From Microcoleus sp. (lineage in GTDB: Bacteria > Cyanobacteriota > Cyanobacteriia > Cyanobacteriales > Microcoleaceae), in the NCBI GenBank assembly GCA_052279835.1, contig CP181291.1:4960001-5024000 (forward strand): DNA of 64,000 nt, read 5' to 3'. The notes under the pieces were generated by a model, which had not been told where the DNA came from, made no database searches, and worked only from the letters and a program-made list of their open reading frames with translations. Shown here in pieces: positions 51,666-62,109 of the stretch. Within the stretch, counting starts at the first letter, position 1. Each line of letters opens with the position of its first letter. The position numbers and the translations under genes were made by a program.

Positions 51666-53179
51666 TATTTCTCACCTATCTTTTCCAAGACTTCCATTGC
51701 TAATACTTCAAACTCTTGGGATGCGATTGAGTCTGGCTTAAAGTCTAACACGGAGATGGGGTCGGCAATTTCGATATCTCCGAATATTTGAGTTTGTTCT
51801 GCACACTTAGCCAAATCATCTCTTTCATAAATTACGCTTTCCATAATTTCTATACCGTAACGTTTGGGAATTGCATCCCTCCGCCTAGGCAAACTGTACT
51901 GTATAAATTTACCGTTAGTTGAGATTTTACAAGGAAGTACACCTAAAACCTGTAGAGGATTTTTGCCGATTTGTTTCTTAAATCCATTAACTTTTTTGAT
52001 GAAATCTTTGACATTAATTAATCCTTGATTCGCAAAAGGCTTTAAGTCAGAAGGAATAATTAAATAATCGGCTGCAATTAAAGCAACTCTGGCATAAAAA
52101 TTTAAAGACGGTGGCGTATCAATCAATACAATATCGTATTTATCTTGTACTTCTGCTAGTTTCTGTATCAGAATCATTCTACTGTAATCCAGTGAGTTTA
52201 GTTCTGTTTCATATTGCATTAAATCTATATGAGAAGGAATTACATCTATTGCTGGAGTGCAAAAATTAGACTTTCTAGCTACTTCTGATATTGAGTAAAA
52301 ATCCTCTGATTGTAAGATGTGCAGAATATTTTTTTGTTTCAAATCATCATCTTCTTCGTCATCAAATTTGACTAAACCTGTGGCAAAGGTTGTATTGGCT
52401 TGACTGTCTAAGTCAATCACCAAGACTCTTTTACATTGCTTGCTGAGGGCGGCGGCTAAATTGACTACGGTTGTAGTTTTGCCGACTCCGCCTTTATTGT
52501 GGTAAACAGCAATTATTTTCATAGTATTTTGACTGGTTGTGGGTGCAACTAGATCTAATTTTATTTCTGGTACAATTTCGGGAGCAAATTGCCCTATTTC
52601 TGGCACATTTTCCGGTTGGGAGATTGGATTTGGTGGCGGTTCGAGGTGGGCTGGATGATTTAGAGCGATCGCTATTTCGTTAGTCAAATCAGGAGTAACT
52701 AAATTTAGTTGACTATCTTTTAGTTCGAGTTTTTCTGGACTTTTGATGATTCTTAAACTATCTCTGCCAATTAAAGCAATAATTTCATCGATTCTGGTTT
52801 CAAGCTCTTGGCCAGAGCAATTGAATACTAGCTGAATCTCGGAGGCTGCTATTTCATATATTCTAATTTCTTTCGCATTGGTGATCAATCCGTAGCGAAT
52901 GTTTAAGCTTGTTAAGTAACGTTTCAGTCTCCTGATGTGGCGGTCTAATTTTTCCTTCGGATGTTTCGCCTCAATTACGACGCTCATTGGCGAGTCGGCA
53001 TCGATGACTATGGGGAGAACTTGGGTGGCGAAGGATAGGAAGTCTAGACGGATATTCCCAAAGGCTATTTCTTGGTGCCAATTGTCGGGGGTATAGCCCA
53101 GTTTTGGCAGTAGATAGCTGACAATTAGTTTGGTTTCTACTTCGCTTTCGTTGCGGCAGTTATTGGGATTAAAAGTCAA
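51665..53179 (-). CDS. HsdR-N-like PD-(D/E)xK domain fused to a ParA/Soj ATPase
   Basis: ESEVE..W.QE..RLDFL..VIEAK; NKGGVGKTT, IDLDSQAN, IDTPP. Confidence 0.88.
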   Translation of the reverse strand: MTFNPNNCRNESEVETKLIVSYLLPKLGYTPDNWHQEIAFGNIRLDFLSFATQVLPIVIDADSPMSVVIEAKHPKEKLDRHIRRLKRYLTSLNIRYGLITNAKEIRIYEIAASEIQLVFNCSGQELETRIDEIIALIGRDSLRIIKSPEKLELKDSQLNLVTPDLTNEIAIALNHPAHLEPPPNPISQPENVPEIGQFAPEIVPEIKLDLVAPTTSQNTMKIIAVYHNKGGVGKTTTVVNLAAALSKQCKRVLVIDLDSQANTTFATGLVKFDDEEDDDLKQKNILHILQSEDFYSISEVARKSNFCTPAIDVIPSHIDLMQYETELNSLDYSRMILIQKLAEVQDKYDIVLIDTPPSLNFYARVALIAADYLIIPSDLKPFANQGLINVKDFIKKVNGFKKQIGKNPLQVLGVLPCKISTNGKFIQYSLPRRRDAIPKRYGIEIMESVIYERDDLAKCAEQTQIFGDIEIADPISVLDFKPDSIASQEFEVLAMEVLEKIGEK

Positions 53180-53182
53180 TCG

Positions 53183-53440
53183 ATTTTAGATTTTAGATTT
53201 TGGATTTTAGATTGGGGAATTGGGAATTGGGAATTGGGAATTGGGAATTATTAACCAATAACCCTTCGACTACGCGAGCGGGCGACGCTAGGCGGTTCCT
53301 GAGCGGAGTCGAAGGGCTGGGTACAGTAAATAACCAATAACCAATAACCAATAACCCTTCGACTACGCGAGCCGGCGACGCTTCGCTCAGGGCGACGCCA
53401 ATAACCAATAACTAATGACTGCTGACTAATGACTGCTGAC
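53183..53440. repeat. STRR tracts plus CCCTTCGACTACGC-type REP hairpins
   Basis: TTTTAGA, TTGGGAA, CCAATAA and GACTGCT 7-mers; cccttcgac...gtcgaaggg. Confidence 0.8.
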
Positions 53441-54492
53441 TACTTAGCTTGAGCTTTAAAATCTTCCAATGTCAGATAGCCACCAGCGGGATCGTATAGG
53501 TGACAGTTGTCGGCAATCCGCTTCATCAAAGACCAAGAAAATTTGGTTTCATAGAGATGATTTTGCCAATTTTCTTTCAAGCTACTGTGGGCGACGCGCA
53601 AGTTATACCAGGGAATTGCTGTTGACAAGTGGTGGGGAACGTGGACGTTAATGTCGTGGCACAGGAACTCTACCCAGCGAGGATAATCGCAGTGAACTGT
53701 TCCCGATAGTTGCGCTTGGGCTTCGTTCCATTCTGAAGGTTCTTTGAATGAAATGTCTGGTGCGGTGTGGTGAACAATGGTGAATGTGCTCATCCAGAAA
53801 TGGTAAACCATCCAGGGCAGTAACCAAAATTTGACGAATCCCCAGATGCCTGTTGTGGCAATTAAAATCGGAAATAAGATCGCAGCACCGATTAAAACCA
53901 CTAACACAGAAAAGCGGACTTGTTCTTGTTTCTGTTGGCCTTTGAAGCGCCACCACATGAAGTGTACTTTTGCCCAATGGGCGATCGAGCCTACCCACCA
54001 TAGCGGACCAAAAATTAAACTATAAGCTATTTGTAAAGCCTTGGGAGCAGCAGCGTAGTCTTCTGCTCTCATGGGCTGCCAAGCATTATCTTCCCCAATT
54101 TTGTTGGTATGCTTGTGGTGATAATTATGTCCGTGACGCCATGCGTGAAACGGGTACATTAATGGCAAAAATGCTAGATGTCCGACTAAATCGTTTACCC
54201 AGCGGCGGTTAGAAAATGACCGGTGTCCGCAGTCGTGCCCGATCACAAAAAAACCGGTTAATGCAGTACCTGTGAAAATCCACATTACTGGTAGTAGAAA
54301 CCAAGGGGATACTGCTAGGCCCCAGTAACCGACAGCAACTAGCAAAACGTTGATGATGACTTTTGTCCAAGCTTTGCGGGGGTTTTTGACGAATACTTCC
54401 CGCGGCAGGGTTTTGAGAATATCTTTGAGGCGCAAGTTGGAAGTATCACTTGCGGATGTCAAATTTAGTGGTTTTTCGATCGATGCTGTCAT
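53440..54492 (-). CDS. desA: Delta-12 acyl-lipid desaturase
   Basis: GHDCGH, HNYHH, HDINVHVPHH, WMSTFT. Confidence 0.92.
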   Translation of the reverse strand: MTASIEKPLNLTSASDTSNLRLKDILKTLPREVFVKNPRKAWTKVIINVLLVAVGYWGLAVSPWFLLPVMWIFTGTALTGFFVIGHDCGHRSFSNRRWVNDLVGHLAFLPLMYPFHAWRHGHNYHHKHTNKIGEDNAWQPMRAEDYAAAPKALQIAYSLIFGPLWWVGSIAHWAKVHFMWWRFKGQQKQEQVRFSVLVVLIGAAILFPILIATTGIWGFVKFWLLPWMVYHFWMSTFTIVHHTAPDISFKEPSEWNEAQAQLSGTVHCDYPRWVEFLCHDINVHVPHHLSTAIPWYNLRVAHSSLKENWQNHLYETKFSWSLMKRIADNCHLYDPAGGYLTLEDFKAQAK

Positions 54493-54786
54493 AAACTCTC
54501 TTGGAATGTTTGGAAATCCCCAACTAGAAGTTGGGGATCGATCTAGATTTTCCCTGTACCAGTAGAACCGGTCACAAAATTAACGCAGTACCATGTCGCC
54601 TGCTGCAAGTCAGCAGCAGGCTAGTTTAGGTAGGCGATCGCGTTTTAACAAGCGCGTTTTAACAAATGCTAGCTATCGCTAGCCGCAGATTAATTGGCTA
54701 GCGCTTTTGGTTAAAAAAACACTGCGGTTAACAAAACTTTACTTTTTATACCACAGGGGCGGCACAATTAGCACGAGTTGCTACTA

Positions 54787-55074
54787 CTAATTGTTGTTGC
54801 TACCAGCAGAATTTTGGCCGATCGCAACTTGAGAGCCAGCAACAGAGCGTTGATGTTTGAGGGTTTGCACTTGTAGCAGCAAGGATTCGATTTCTGCTTG
54901 CAGGTGCAGAAATTTAACTTGGTGGTCGGCTTGATACGGAGACTTCGCAGACTCTACTTTCCGGGTGAAACCGGTCGGTAGGGCAGAAGAACTAGCCATT
55001 TCGGGATTGCTAGCCGTGATTTGAGGCCGAGAAAGAGTGGATGAATTATTTGACATTAGTAATTGGGTAGACAT
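54787..55074 (-). CDS. Small hypothetical protein
   Basis: YQADHQVKFLHLQAEIESLL amphipathic motif; start uncertain. Confidence 0.6.
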   Translation of the reverse strand: MSTQLLMSNNSSTLSRPQITASNPEMASSSALPTGFTRKVESAKSPYQADHQVKFLHLQAEIESLLLQVQTLKHQRSVAGSQVAIGQNSAGSNNN

Positions 55075-55194
55075 ATCTACACATTCACACCATTAAGTTA
55101 CTTTAACCTGAACCGATCGTATTAAACATCAAATTAACCGATCGAGCTAAAATTGGTGTAAATTCCTCGGCCATTGCCTAAAACCATTGACATC

Positions 55195-56319
55195 GTGACC
55201 CTGATTCTACCTGTAACTGACTCTGCTCATAACCCTGCTGCCCGCGCAGCCATGCCCAAACACTACGGCTGGCCTGGCTTGATCGAAGCTTATCGCCCCT
55301 ACCTGCCGGTGACGGAAACCACGCCGGTAGTGACACTCCAAGAAGGCAACACTCCCCTGATTCCAGCACCTGCGATCGCCGCTCTCATCGGTAGAGACGT
55401 GCGAGTCCTGGTCAAATACGACGGCCTCAACCCCACTGGTAGTTTCAAAGACCGGGGGATGACAATGGCGATTTCCAAGGCCAAGGAAGCAGGTGCCAAA
55501 GCTGTAATTTGCGCCAGTACGGGCAATACTTCCGCAGCAGCCGCCGCCTACGCCCGACGTGGCGGAATGCGAGCTTTCGTGTTGATTCCCGAAGGTTACG
55601 TGGCTTTGGGCAAGTTGGCCCAAGCTTTGCTGTACGGTGCGGAAGTGATTTCGATTCAAGGAAATTTCGATCGGGCTTTAGAAATTGTCCGCGAAATGGC
55701 CGTCAACTACCCCGTGACATTGGTAAATTCGGTGAATCCTTACCGATTGGAAGGCCAAAAAACCGGAGCTTTTGAAGTCGTTGACGCTTTGGGCGATGCC
55801 CCCGACTGGCTGTGCATTCCCGTCGGAAATGCGGGAAATATCACAGCATACTGGATGGGGTTTTGTCAATACCATCAAGCCAAAAAATGTTCGCGCTTAC
55901 CAAAGATGATGGGATTTCAGGCGGCGGGGGCTGCGCCTTTGGTGACGGGACATCCGGTGTCGCACCCGGAAACTCTGGCGACAGCGATTCGGATCGGCAA
56001 CCCAGCTAGCTGGAAACAGGCGATCGCAGCTTCCGAAGCCAGCCGCGGCAGTTTTAGTGCTGTCACCGACGCCGAAATTCTGGATGCTTACCGTTTGTTA
56101 GCATCCCAGGAAGGAATTTTCTGCGAACCTGCGAGTGCAGCTTCTGTGGCCGGTTTGCTGAAAGTAAAAGACCAAGTTCCGACGGGAGCGACGGTGGTTT
56201 GCGTGCTGACTGGTAATGGTTTAAAAGACCCAGATACGGCAATTAATCACAGCAACAATCAGTTTAAAAATGGCATTGCTCCGACTTTGGATGCGGTAGC
56301 TGGGGCGATGGGATTTTAA
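55195..56319 (+). CDS. thrC: Threonine synthase
   Basis: [37 protein letters not shown]; start uncertain (55174-55252). Confidence 0.96.
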   Translation: MTLILPVTDSAHNPAARAAMPKHYGWPGLIEAYRPYLPVTETTPVVTLQEGNTPLIPAPAIAALIGRDVRVLVKYDGLNPTGSFKDRGMTMAISKAKEAGAKAVICASTGNTSAAAAAYARRGGMRAFVLIPEGYVALGKLAQALLYGAEVISIQGNFDRALEIVREMAVNYPVTLVNSVNPYRLEGQKTGAFEVVDALGDAPDWLCIPVGNAGNITAYWMGFCQYHQAKKCSRLPKMMGFQAAGAAPLVTGHPVSHPETLATAIRIGNPASWKQAIAASEASRGSFSAVTDAEILDAYRLLASQEGIFCEPASAASVAGLLKVKDQVPTGATVVCVLTGNGLKDPDTAINHSNNQFKNGIAPTLDAVAGAMGF

Positions 56320-56529
56320 GAAGAAGGAAGAAGGGAACGACACGGATTTGGACACGGAGAGACCGATGAATTTAACTGAGTTTTATTTCAGGAGATATGA
56401 ATACTCTCTGTCCTTTTCTGTGTTTTTTCTTCTTCTGTCAAGGGGATGTCCCTGATGGGAGCCAAATCCGTTGCCAAATTTCCTTCGGCTATAATAGGAT
56501 TACCTATCAAACAGTTTTGAGAAAAAGTT

Positions 56530-57165
56530 ATGTTACTAACCAAACCTCGTGCCGATCGAGTAGTTCTATATAATATCAGTTGGCAACAATTTGAGAAGTT
56601 GCTCGCGGATTTGGGTGAAAGCCGTGCTGCTAGATTCGCCTATGACAATGGAACTTTAGAAATTATGACACCCTTACCCGAACATGAATACTACAAAGAA
56701 ACGATCGGCGATACTGTTAAAGATATAGCTGAAGTATTGGAGCAAGACTACGAAAGTCTAGGATCAACCACTTGGAAACGAGAAATCCAAAAAGCTGGGG
56801 TAGAACCAGACAATTGTTTCTATTTCCAAAATGAGTCCAAAATTCGTGGCAAACTCCAGTTTAATTTGGAACAAGATCCGCCACCGGATTTGGCTTTAGA
56901 AATAGACGTAACAAGTAAATCTCTCAGTCGTTTTCCGATTTATGCTCGGTTGGGTGTGCCTGAAATTTGGTGTTATGATTCGGGTGAACTGAAAATCTAC
57001 CAACGGTCGGGGAAAGAATATATAGAGGTACAAAATAGCTCAATTTTTCCCACTCTTCCCATACAAGAAATACCGAAATTAATCGAGCAAAATCGTTATT
57101 CGGGGCGGATTTCTTTGCGTAAAGCCGTGCGAGCATGGACTAGAGAAAAATCGCGAGAACTCTAA
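56530..57165 (+). CDS. Uma2 family protein
   Basis: LEIMTPLPEHE, EPDNCFY, PPDLALEID, YARLGVPEIW. Confidence 0.92.
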   Translation: MLLTKPRADRVVLYNISWQQFEKLLADLGESRAARFAYDNGTLEIMTPLPEHEYYKETIGDTVKDIAEVLEQDYESLGSTTWKREIQKAGVEPDNCFYFQNESKIRGKLQFNLEQDPPPDLALEIDVTSKSLSRFPIYARLGVPEIWCYDSGELKIYQRSGKEYIEVQNSSIFPTLPIQEIPKLIEQNRYSGRISLRKAVRAWTREKSREL

Positions 57166-57488
57166 GATGTTTCTCAATCATCAAATTTAGACTAATATCG
57201 CGAACCGATAAAACTTATTAATATACCCATTAGATTAGCTACATTATTCAGTAAATACTTCTGGGGAGAAAACTCAGATTTTGCCGATCGACCAATCTTA
57301 AGTTGTTACCAAGGGCTTGTGCCATCAGATCGATCGCCAATCACACTCCTTCTTTAGAAAGAGGAAATCAAGCGACTGCCTTCTTAACATTGTAAGAGTT
57401 GACAGCCCGCAGTTAGGGCATACTAGGCCGTGCTTAGGGTGGCAAGAGAGCTGCTGTCGGCGTTAGTAGTTGCTTGAAGGAAGGATTT

Positions 57489-58553
57489 ATGGGTATCAGC
57501 AGACGCGAGTTGTTAAAGGTAACTTCTGCTTCCGGTGTGGTGGCAGCAGGGCTGGCTGCTTCGGAAGGGTTTTTGAAACCTGTGTTAGCTCAAGATGAAC
57601 CGACCCAACTATTAGCCCAAGGTGAAGTTGGTCAAGCTCAAACCAAAAGCGGGGAGATGATTTACAGAACTCTGGGGCGGACTGGAGAGCGAGTGTCTGC
57701 TATTGGTCTTGGGGGACACCATATCGGACGCCTGCGAGAGGAGCAAGATAGTATTAAGTTGATCCGAAGTGCGATCGATCGTGGGATCAATTTTATGGAC
57801 AACTCCTGGGACTATCACAACGGACGCAGCCACCGCTGGATGGGTGCAGCCCTTAAGGATGGCTATCGGGAAAAGGTGTTTTTGATGACCAAAATCGACG
57901 GTCGCACTAAGGGCGCTGCGATGATGCAGATTGACGATTCGTTGAAGTCGTTGCAGACCGATCGCATTGACCTGATGCAGCATCATGAAGTTATTCGGAT
58001 GGAAGACCCCGATCGCATTTTTGGGGGTGGTGGAGCAATGGAAGCTGTGGTGGAAGCGCAGAAGGCGGGCAAGATTCGCTACATCGGGTTTACAGGACAC
58101 AAAGACCCTTTAGTTCACTTGCGGATGCTGGAACTTGCCACTCAAAACAATTTCCGTTTCGACACGGTACAGATGCCACTAAATGTGATGGATGGTCATT
58201 TCAGAAGTTTCGAGCAACAAGTTTTGCCGGTGCTGGTGAAGAACCAAATGGGTGTGTTGGGGATGAAATCTATGGGCGATTCCTATGTACTTAGAAGCAA
58301 TACTGTTACCCCCATCGAATGTCTACACTATGCGATGAATCTGCCTACTTCTGTGGTGATTACTGGTATTGATACGATGCAACTCTTGGATCAAGCCTTT
58401 GAAGCAGTCCGCACGTTTGTGCCGATGGATCGAGCACAAGTGGCGGCGATGTTGAATCGCACTCGCGAGGCGGCGCTGAAAGGGCAGTACGAACTTTATA
58501 AGACCAGCAGTCAATTTGATAGTACGGCAATGAACCCATCATGGCTGGGATAG
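57489..58553 (+). CDS. Aldo/keto reductase with twin-arginine-like leader
   Basis: ISRRELLK; YRTLGRTG, DNSWDY, FLMTK, GKIRYIGFTGH. Confidence 0.9.
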   Translation: MGISRRELLKVTSASGVVAAGLAASEGFLKPVLAQDEPTQLLAQGEVGQAQTKSGEMIYRTLGRTGERVSAIGLGGHHIGRLREEQDSIKLIRSAIDRGINFMDNSWDYHNGRSHRWMGAALKDGYREKVFLMTKIDGRTKGAAMMQIDDSLKSLQTDRIDLMQHHEVIRMEDPDRIFGGGGAMEAVVEAQKAGKIRYIGFTGHKDPLVHLRMLELATQNNFRFDTVQMPLNVMDGHFRSFEQQVLPVLVKNQMGVLGMKSMGDSYVLRSNTVTPIECLHYAMNLPTSVVITGIDTMQLLDQAFEAVRTFVPMDRAQVAAMLNRTREAALKGQYELYKTSSQFDSTAMNPSWLG

Positions 58554-58604
58554 TTGCAGATGCGATCGTTTAGCACCCCACAAATAATCACTAATAACTA
58601 ATGA

Positions 58605-59219
58605 CTACTCCCCAAAAGGTGGTAGCTGAAGTAACTGATTTTTAGAAGGTGGAAGTTGGCCCTGATTGTGGCGAATTTCGATCGCAGTTTCGCCGGGATT
58701 TCCGGTGGTAACAGGTACTATTTCCAAAGAATATGCTGTCTCTGTTTTTACAGGGGCAGGATTTTTGGCTTTGGTGAGCAAGTCCACGGCGTCTCCTAGG
58801 GCGCTAGTTAAATTTTTGCTAGTTTCGGCGTGGCGTGCTTCTTCTTGTTTGAGGGCTTGAGTCAGTTGTTTGATTTGTTCGATCGCCCGATCGCGCTCTT
58901 GGAGTACCATAACTAATTTAGCTTTAAGTTCCCCCACTGTTTGCAGTTGTTCCACTTCTTCCAGGCGGGCAATTCCAGTTGCTTCGCCTTCCGATACAAT
59001 GGGAGAGAAAGTTTGGAGTTGCTGTATTTGTGTTTCTAAATTGGCGATCGTTTGCTGAGTGAGTTTAGTATCATTGCGGCGCTGTTCGGCTTCGGTATTG
59101 TAGAGTTGGCGCCACTGAGCCGCACTTTCGCCCGCCTCATCGCGATCGCGCGAAACTTCTGTTAACTGCTGTTGCAGCCGCTTGATTTCATCTAACCACT
59201 GTCTGACATCTTGAACCAT
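58605..59219 (-). CDS. Coiled-coil hypothetical protein
   Basis: WLDEIKRLQQQL..WRQLYNTEAEQRR..LTSALGDAVD. Confidence 0.75.
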   Translation of the reverse strand: MVQDVRQWLDEIKRLQQQLTEVSRDRDEAGESAAQWRQLYNTEAEQRRNDTKLTQQTIANLETQIQQLQTFSPIVSEGEATGIARLEEVEQLQTVGELKAKLVMVLQERDRAIEQIKQLTQALKQEEARHAETSKNLTSALGDAVDLLTKAKNPAPVKTETAYSLEIVPVTTGNPGETAIEIRHNQGQLPPSKNQLLQLPPFGE

Positions 59220-59302
59220 ATTGATTTTAGATTGGGGAATTGGGAATTGGCAATTGCGAATTGCGAATTGCGAATTGCGAATTGGTAATAGCTTAATTAA
59301 TT

Positions 59303-60319
59303 ATGAACATTTATTACTGGCTGCGCTACCTGATTTTAGCTTTATTTCGGGTGCTTTGGAAGCTGCTGAGAGCTATCAAACAGAAATTTAGTCACTTTTG
59401 GCTATTTTGTCGGTGTTTGAGTTGGGGCACGCTTAGGGAGGTCTGCGTGAAGGCAGGAGAGCAGCGGTTGCCGGGGCTATCGGCGGAAATGGCCTACAAT
59501 TCTATGCTGGCGCTGTTTCCGGGGTTGTTGGCGGTGTTATCGGCGATCGCCCTTTTTGAACCTTTGCAATCAACACTTTATCAAATCGCCGGTCTTTTGG
59601 GCGAAGTCATACCGGATGATGTGCGCAATTTGATTCGGAGTTCCCTCAAAGAAATCCTTTTATATCGCAACCAACAACTATTTTCTCTGAGTTTTGTAGC
59701 ATCCTTGTGGGCTTTTTCTGGAGTAATGAGCGCGGCAATGGCTGCACTCGATCGCATTCATGAAATTCCGCCCGATCGCACGCGCCATTTTTTGAATGCC
59801 AAACTGATTTCTTTGACCCTGAGTATCGGTACAATTATACTATTAATTATGGCATCGGGAGCAGTATTTATCAGCGATTTAATTGTACAAGCTATTGCCC
59901 GCGAGAGTTGTCTGCTGGAATCCGTTGCTAATTGCAATTTAAAAGATGTTAAAAATTGCTTATCCTTGGTTAAAAATTGCCCTTTGGAGTCGCAACTATT
60001 GGCTGTTTGGCGGTTGTGGCGCTGGCCGATTGCTTTGGGAATTATCTCAGTTGCATTTGCTTTTATTTACCGCTATGGGCCGAGTCGCCACAAAAGAAAT
60101 ATACCGATTTTTTCTGGTGCTGTTTTTGCGGCTGTTTTGTGGGCGCTGATTTCAGCTTTGTTTCGCTTCTACGTTTTGCATTTGGGCAATTACAGTTGGA
60201 CTTACGGGACGATCGGCACTTTTATTGTTTTGCTATTGTGGCTCGATCTTTGTTCTTTAGTAATGCTAATTGGCGCTCAGTTGAATGTGACTGTTGGAAA
60301 AGCAATGAAACTCAAATAA
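59303..60319 (+). CDS. YihY/BrkB family membrane protein
   Basis: SAEMAYNSMLALFP, YRYGP, YSWTYGTIG..LLLWL...GAQLN. Confidence 0.92.
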   Translation: MNIYYWLRYLILALFRVLWKLLRAIKQKFSHFWLFCRCLSWGTLREVCVKAGEQRLPGLSAEMAYNSMLALFPGLLAVLSAIALFEPLQSTLYQIAGLLGEVIPDDVRNLIRSSLKEILLYRNQQLFSLSFVASLWAFSGVMSAAMAALDRIHEIPPDRTRHFLNAKLISLTLSIGTIILLIMASGAVFISDLIVQAIARESCLLESVANCNLKDVKNCLSLVKNCPLESQLLAVWRLWRWPIALGIISVAFAFIYRYGPSRHKRNIPIFSGAVFAAVLWALISALFRFYVLHLGNYSWTYGTIGTFIVLLLWLDLCSLVMLIGAQLNVTVGKAMKLK

Positions 60320-60452
60320 TGGGAATTGGGCATTGGGCATTGGGCATTGGGCATTGGGCATCAGTTTTGTTGTTTGTTATTTCATAATTGCTCCTTCTTC
60401 CTTCTTCCTTCTTCCTTCTTCCTTCTTCCTTCTTTTATTACCGGATACCAAA

Positions 60453-60617
60453 TTACCTACGCAGTAGAGTGGTGAGGATACCCGCGACAAAAGACAGCAA
60501 AATCAGTATCCAAATCACCACACCGGGAATGAACGTCAAGAGGCCAACACCTCTAAGAATCCAAACTAACAAGGTGATGCCCAATATAGCCCAAAATATG
60601 CGGGTAGATAGTCGCAT
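60453..60617 (-). CDS. Small 2-TM hypothetical protein
   Basis: MRLSTRIFWAILGITLLVWILRGVGLLTFIPG. Confidence 0.7.
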   Translation of the reverse strand: MRLSTRIFWAILGITLLVWILRGVGLLTFIPGVVIWILILLSFVAGILTTLLRR

Positions 60618-60639
60618 TTGAAATCTAGGAGAATTAGTC

Positions 60640-61302
60640 ATGTTCAATATTAAAGTTTTGTCTGGATCGATGATAGCTGTTTTGTTGGCGATCGGCTCTT
60701 ATCTGGGAGCAATATCAAATCCCGGTGTCGCTGTGGCGCGTGTCAGTACCAACGCGCAGCCAAAAGTGGCTAATGCTGCTCAAAAAGCTGCTTCTGCAAG
60801 TGTAGCAATTAGCGATCGCGCAATGGGAGCGGCCCAGGTGGGGATGACTTTCGGACAACTGAAAAAGACTTTGGGTGCGACGGCGCAGTTTAAGGTTGAG
60901 TCTCCTTTTATGGTTGACTTTGATGCTGTGGCCCTCAGCCAGTCGGGAAAAGTGCAATATCGGATTATTTATGCTGCGGGTACTAAGCTGAAAGATACGG
61001 ATGTCATTGAACTATTGATGACTGACAATCCCAATTATAAAACAGCTCAGGGCGTCGGGCCGGGAATGACTCTGAAACAAGCAGAGGCAATTTACGGCAA
61101 AGCTACTTTATCTTATAATGTGGATAATGAAATGAGAGAAAATGTGGTTTTCGCCAAGCAACCCACTAACAAAATTATGTTTGTACCCAAGGCTGAAGGG
61201 AAGCAATTTGCGGGAGTTTATGGCGCTGGTCAAGGGGGTTTTTATCAGACTAAGAAGTATCAGTCGAATGCTGTGATTAAGTCTGTGATGGTGCGGAAGT
61301 AA
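60640..61302 (+). CDS. Secreted hypothetical protein
   Basis: Signal peptide; GAAQVGMT, TDNPNYKTAQGVGPG, YGKATLSY; AGGAG RBS. Confidence 0.75.
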   Translation: MFNIKVLSGSMIAVLLAIGSYLGAISNPGVAVARVSTNAQPKVANAAQKAASASVAISDRAMGAAQVGMTFGQLKKTLGATAQFKVESPFMVDFDAVALSQSGKVQYRIIYAAGTKLKDTDVIELLMTDNPNYKTAQGVGPGMTLKQAEAIYGKATLSYNVDNEMRENVVFAKQPTNKIMFVPKAEGKQFAGVYGAGQGGFYQTKKYQSNAVIKSVMVRK

Positions 61303-61403
61303 CTCGGCGATTGAAATCGCGTCTACAAAAACAAAGTCACTCGGCGATTGAAATCGCGTCTACAAAAACAAAGTCCGCCTGCGCGGACTCAAGAAAATAG
61401 AAA

Positions 61404-62096
61404 TTAAGGATTAACTGTGGGTAACTCCAAATACTCTTCATTGTCAAGATAATCTCTGATATTTTCCAGTATTTGCGTCAAATACTCTACGACTTCTTCC
61501 TTAATTTCTAATAGTTGCTTAATTGTCTTATCTCGCCCAACTTCCTCAAAAGACTTAATGCCGTGCGCTAAGTCATTTCTATTACTTTTAATAACTACAA
61601 GATTTTGTCCGTTGTTTGTCTTAGCAAAGTCTGTTTGATATGAAAAACCGTATTTGTCTGCTATTTCTTTAATTAACCTAGCATCCACATTCCCCGAAAA
61701 CAGTTCTTCACGTTCAAATGTAGCTGTGATGATATCAGTAGAGAGTTGGTTAATTGTTAAATAAATTTTCTTAGGAGAACGATTTTTGAGATTTTGAAGA
61801 ACAATCATTTTGATTTCTGGTTTGAGTTGATCGAAGGAGATTGCTTGATTTTTAAACTCATCAAATATGGCTTCAATGGCATTTCGCATAGTGGATTCAA
61901 CTAAATTATACAGCAACAAAAAACCATTAGCTTTGAGAGTTTTTGCTAACTCTGGATCGAGGCTTTGAATTTGGTATTTGCCACGAGTATCGAATAAAGC
62001 TAACTTCGTTGTCTGTTTTTCCAAGCTCTCCAGAAAAATGAAGTAATCATTCACCTCTTTGGCGCGTGTATTAAAGTCTAAAAATACAGTATTCAT
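61404..62096 (-). CDS. MAE_28990/MAE_18760-like HEPN nuclease
   Basis: LLLYNLVES, FSGNVDA, and HEPN RxxxxH motif RNDLAHG. Confidence 0.85.
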   Translation of the reverse strand: MNTVFLDFNTRAKEVNDYFIFLESLEKQTTKLALFDTRGKYQIQSLDPELAKTLKANGFLLLYNLVESTMRNAIEAIFDEFKNQAISFDQLKPEIKMIVLQNLKNRSPKKIYLTINQLSTDIITATFEREELFSGNVDARLIKEIADKYGFSYQTDFAKTNNGQNLVVIKSNRNDLAHGIKSFEEVGRDKTIKQLLEIKEEVVEYLTQILENIRDYLDNEEYLELPTVNP

Positions 62097-62109
62097 GAGT
62101 GTGACATAG

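Noticed and set aside
61303..61390. Two 37-bp direct repeats containing ATTGAAA (CRISPR-like)
   Set aside because: Adjacent with no spacer; a partial duplication of the dispersed repeat also found at 10460.
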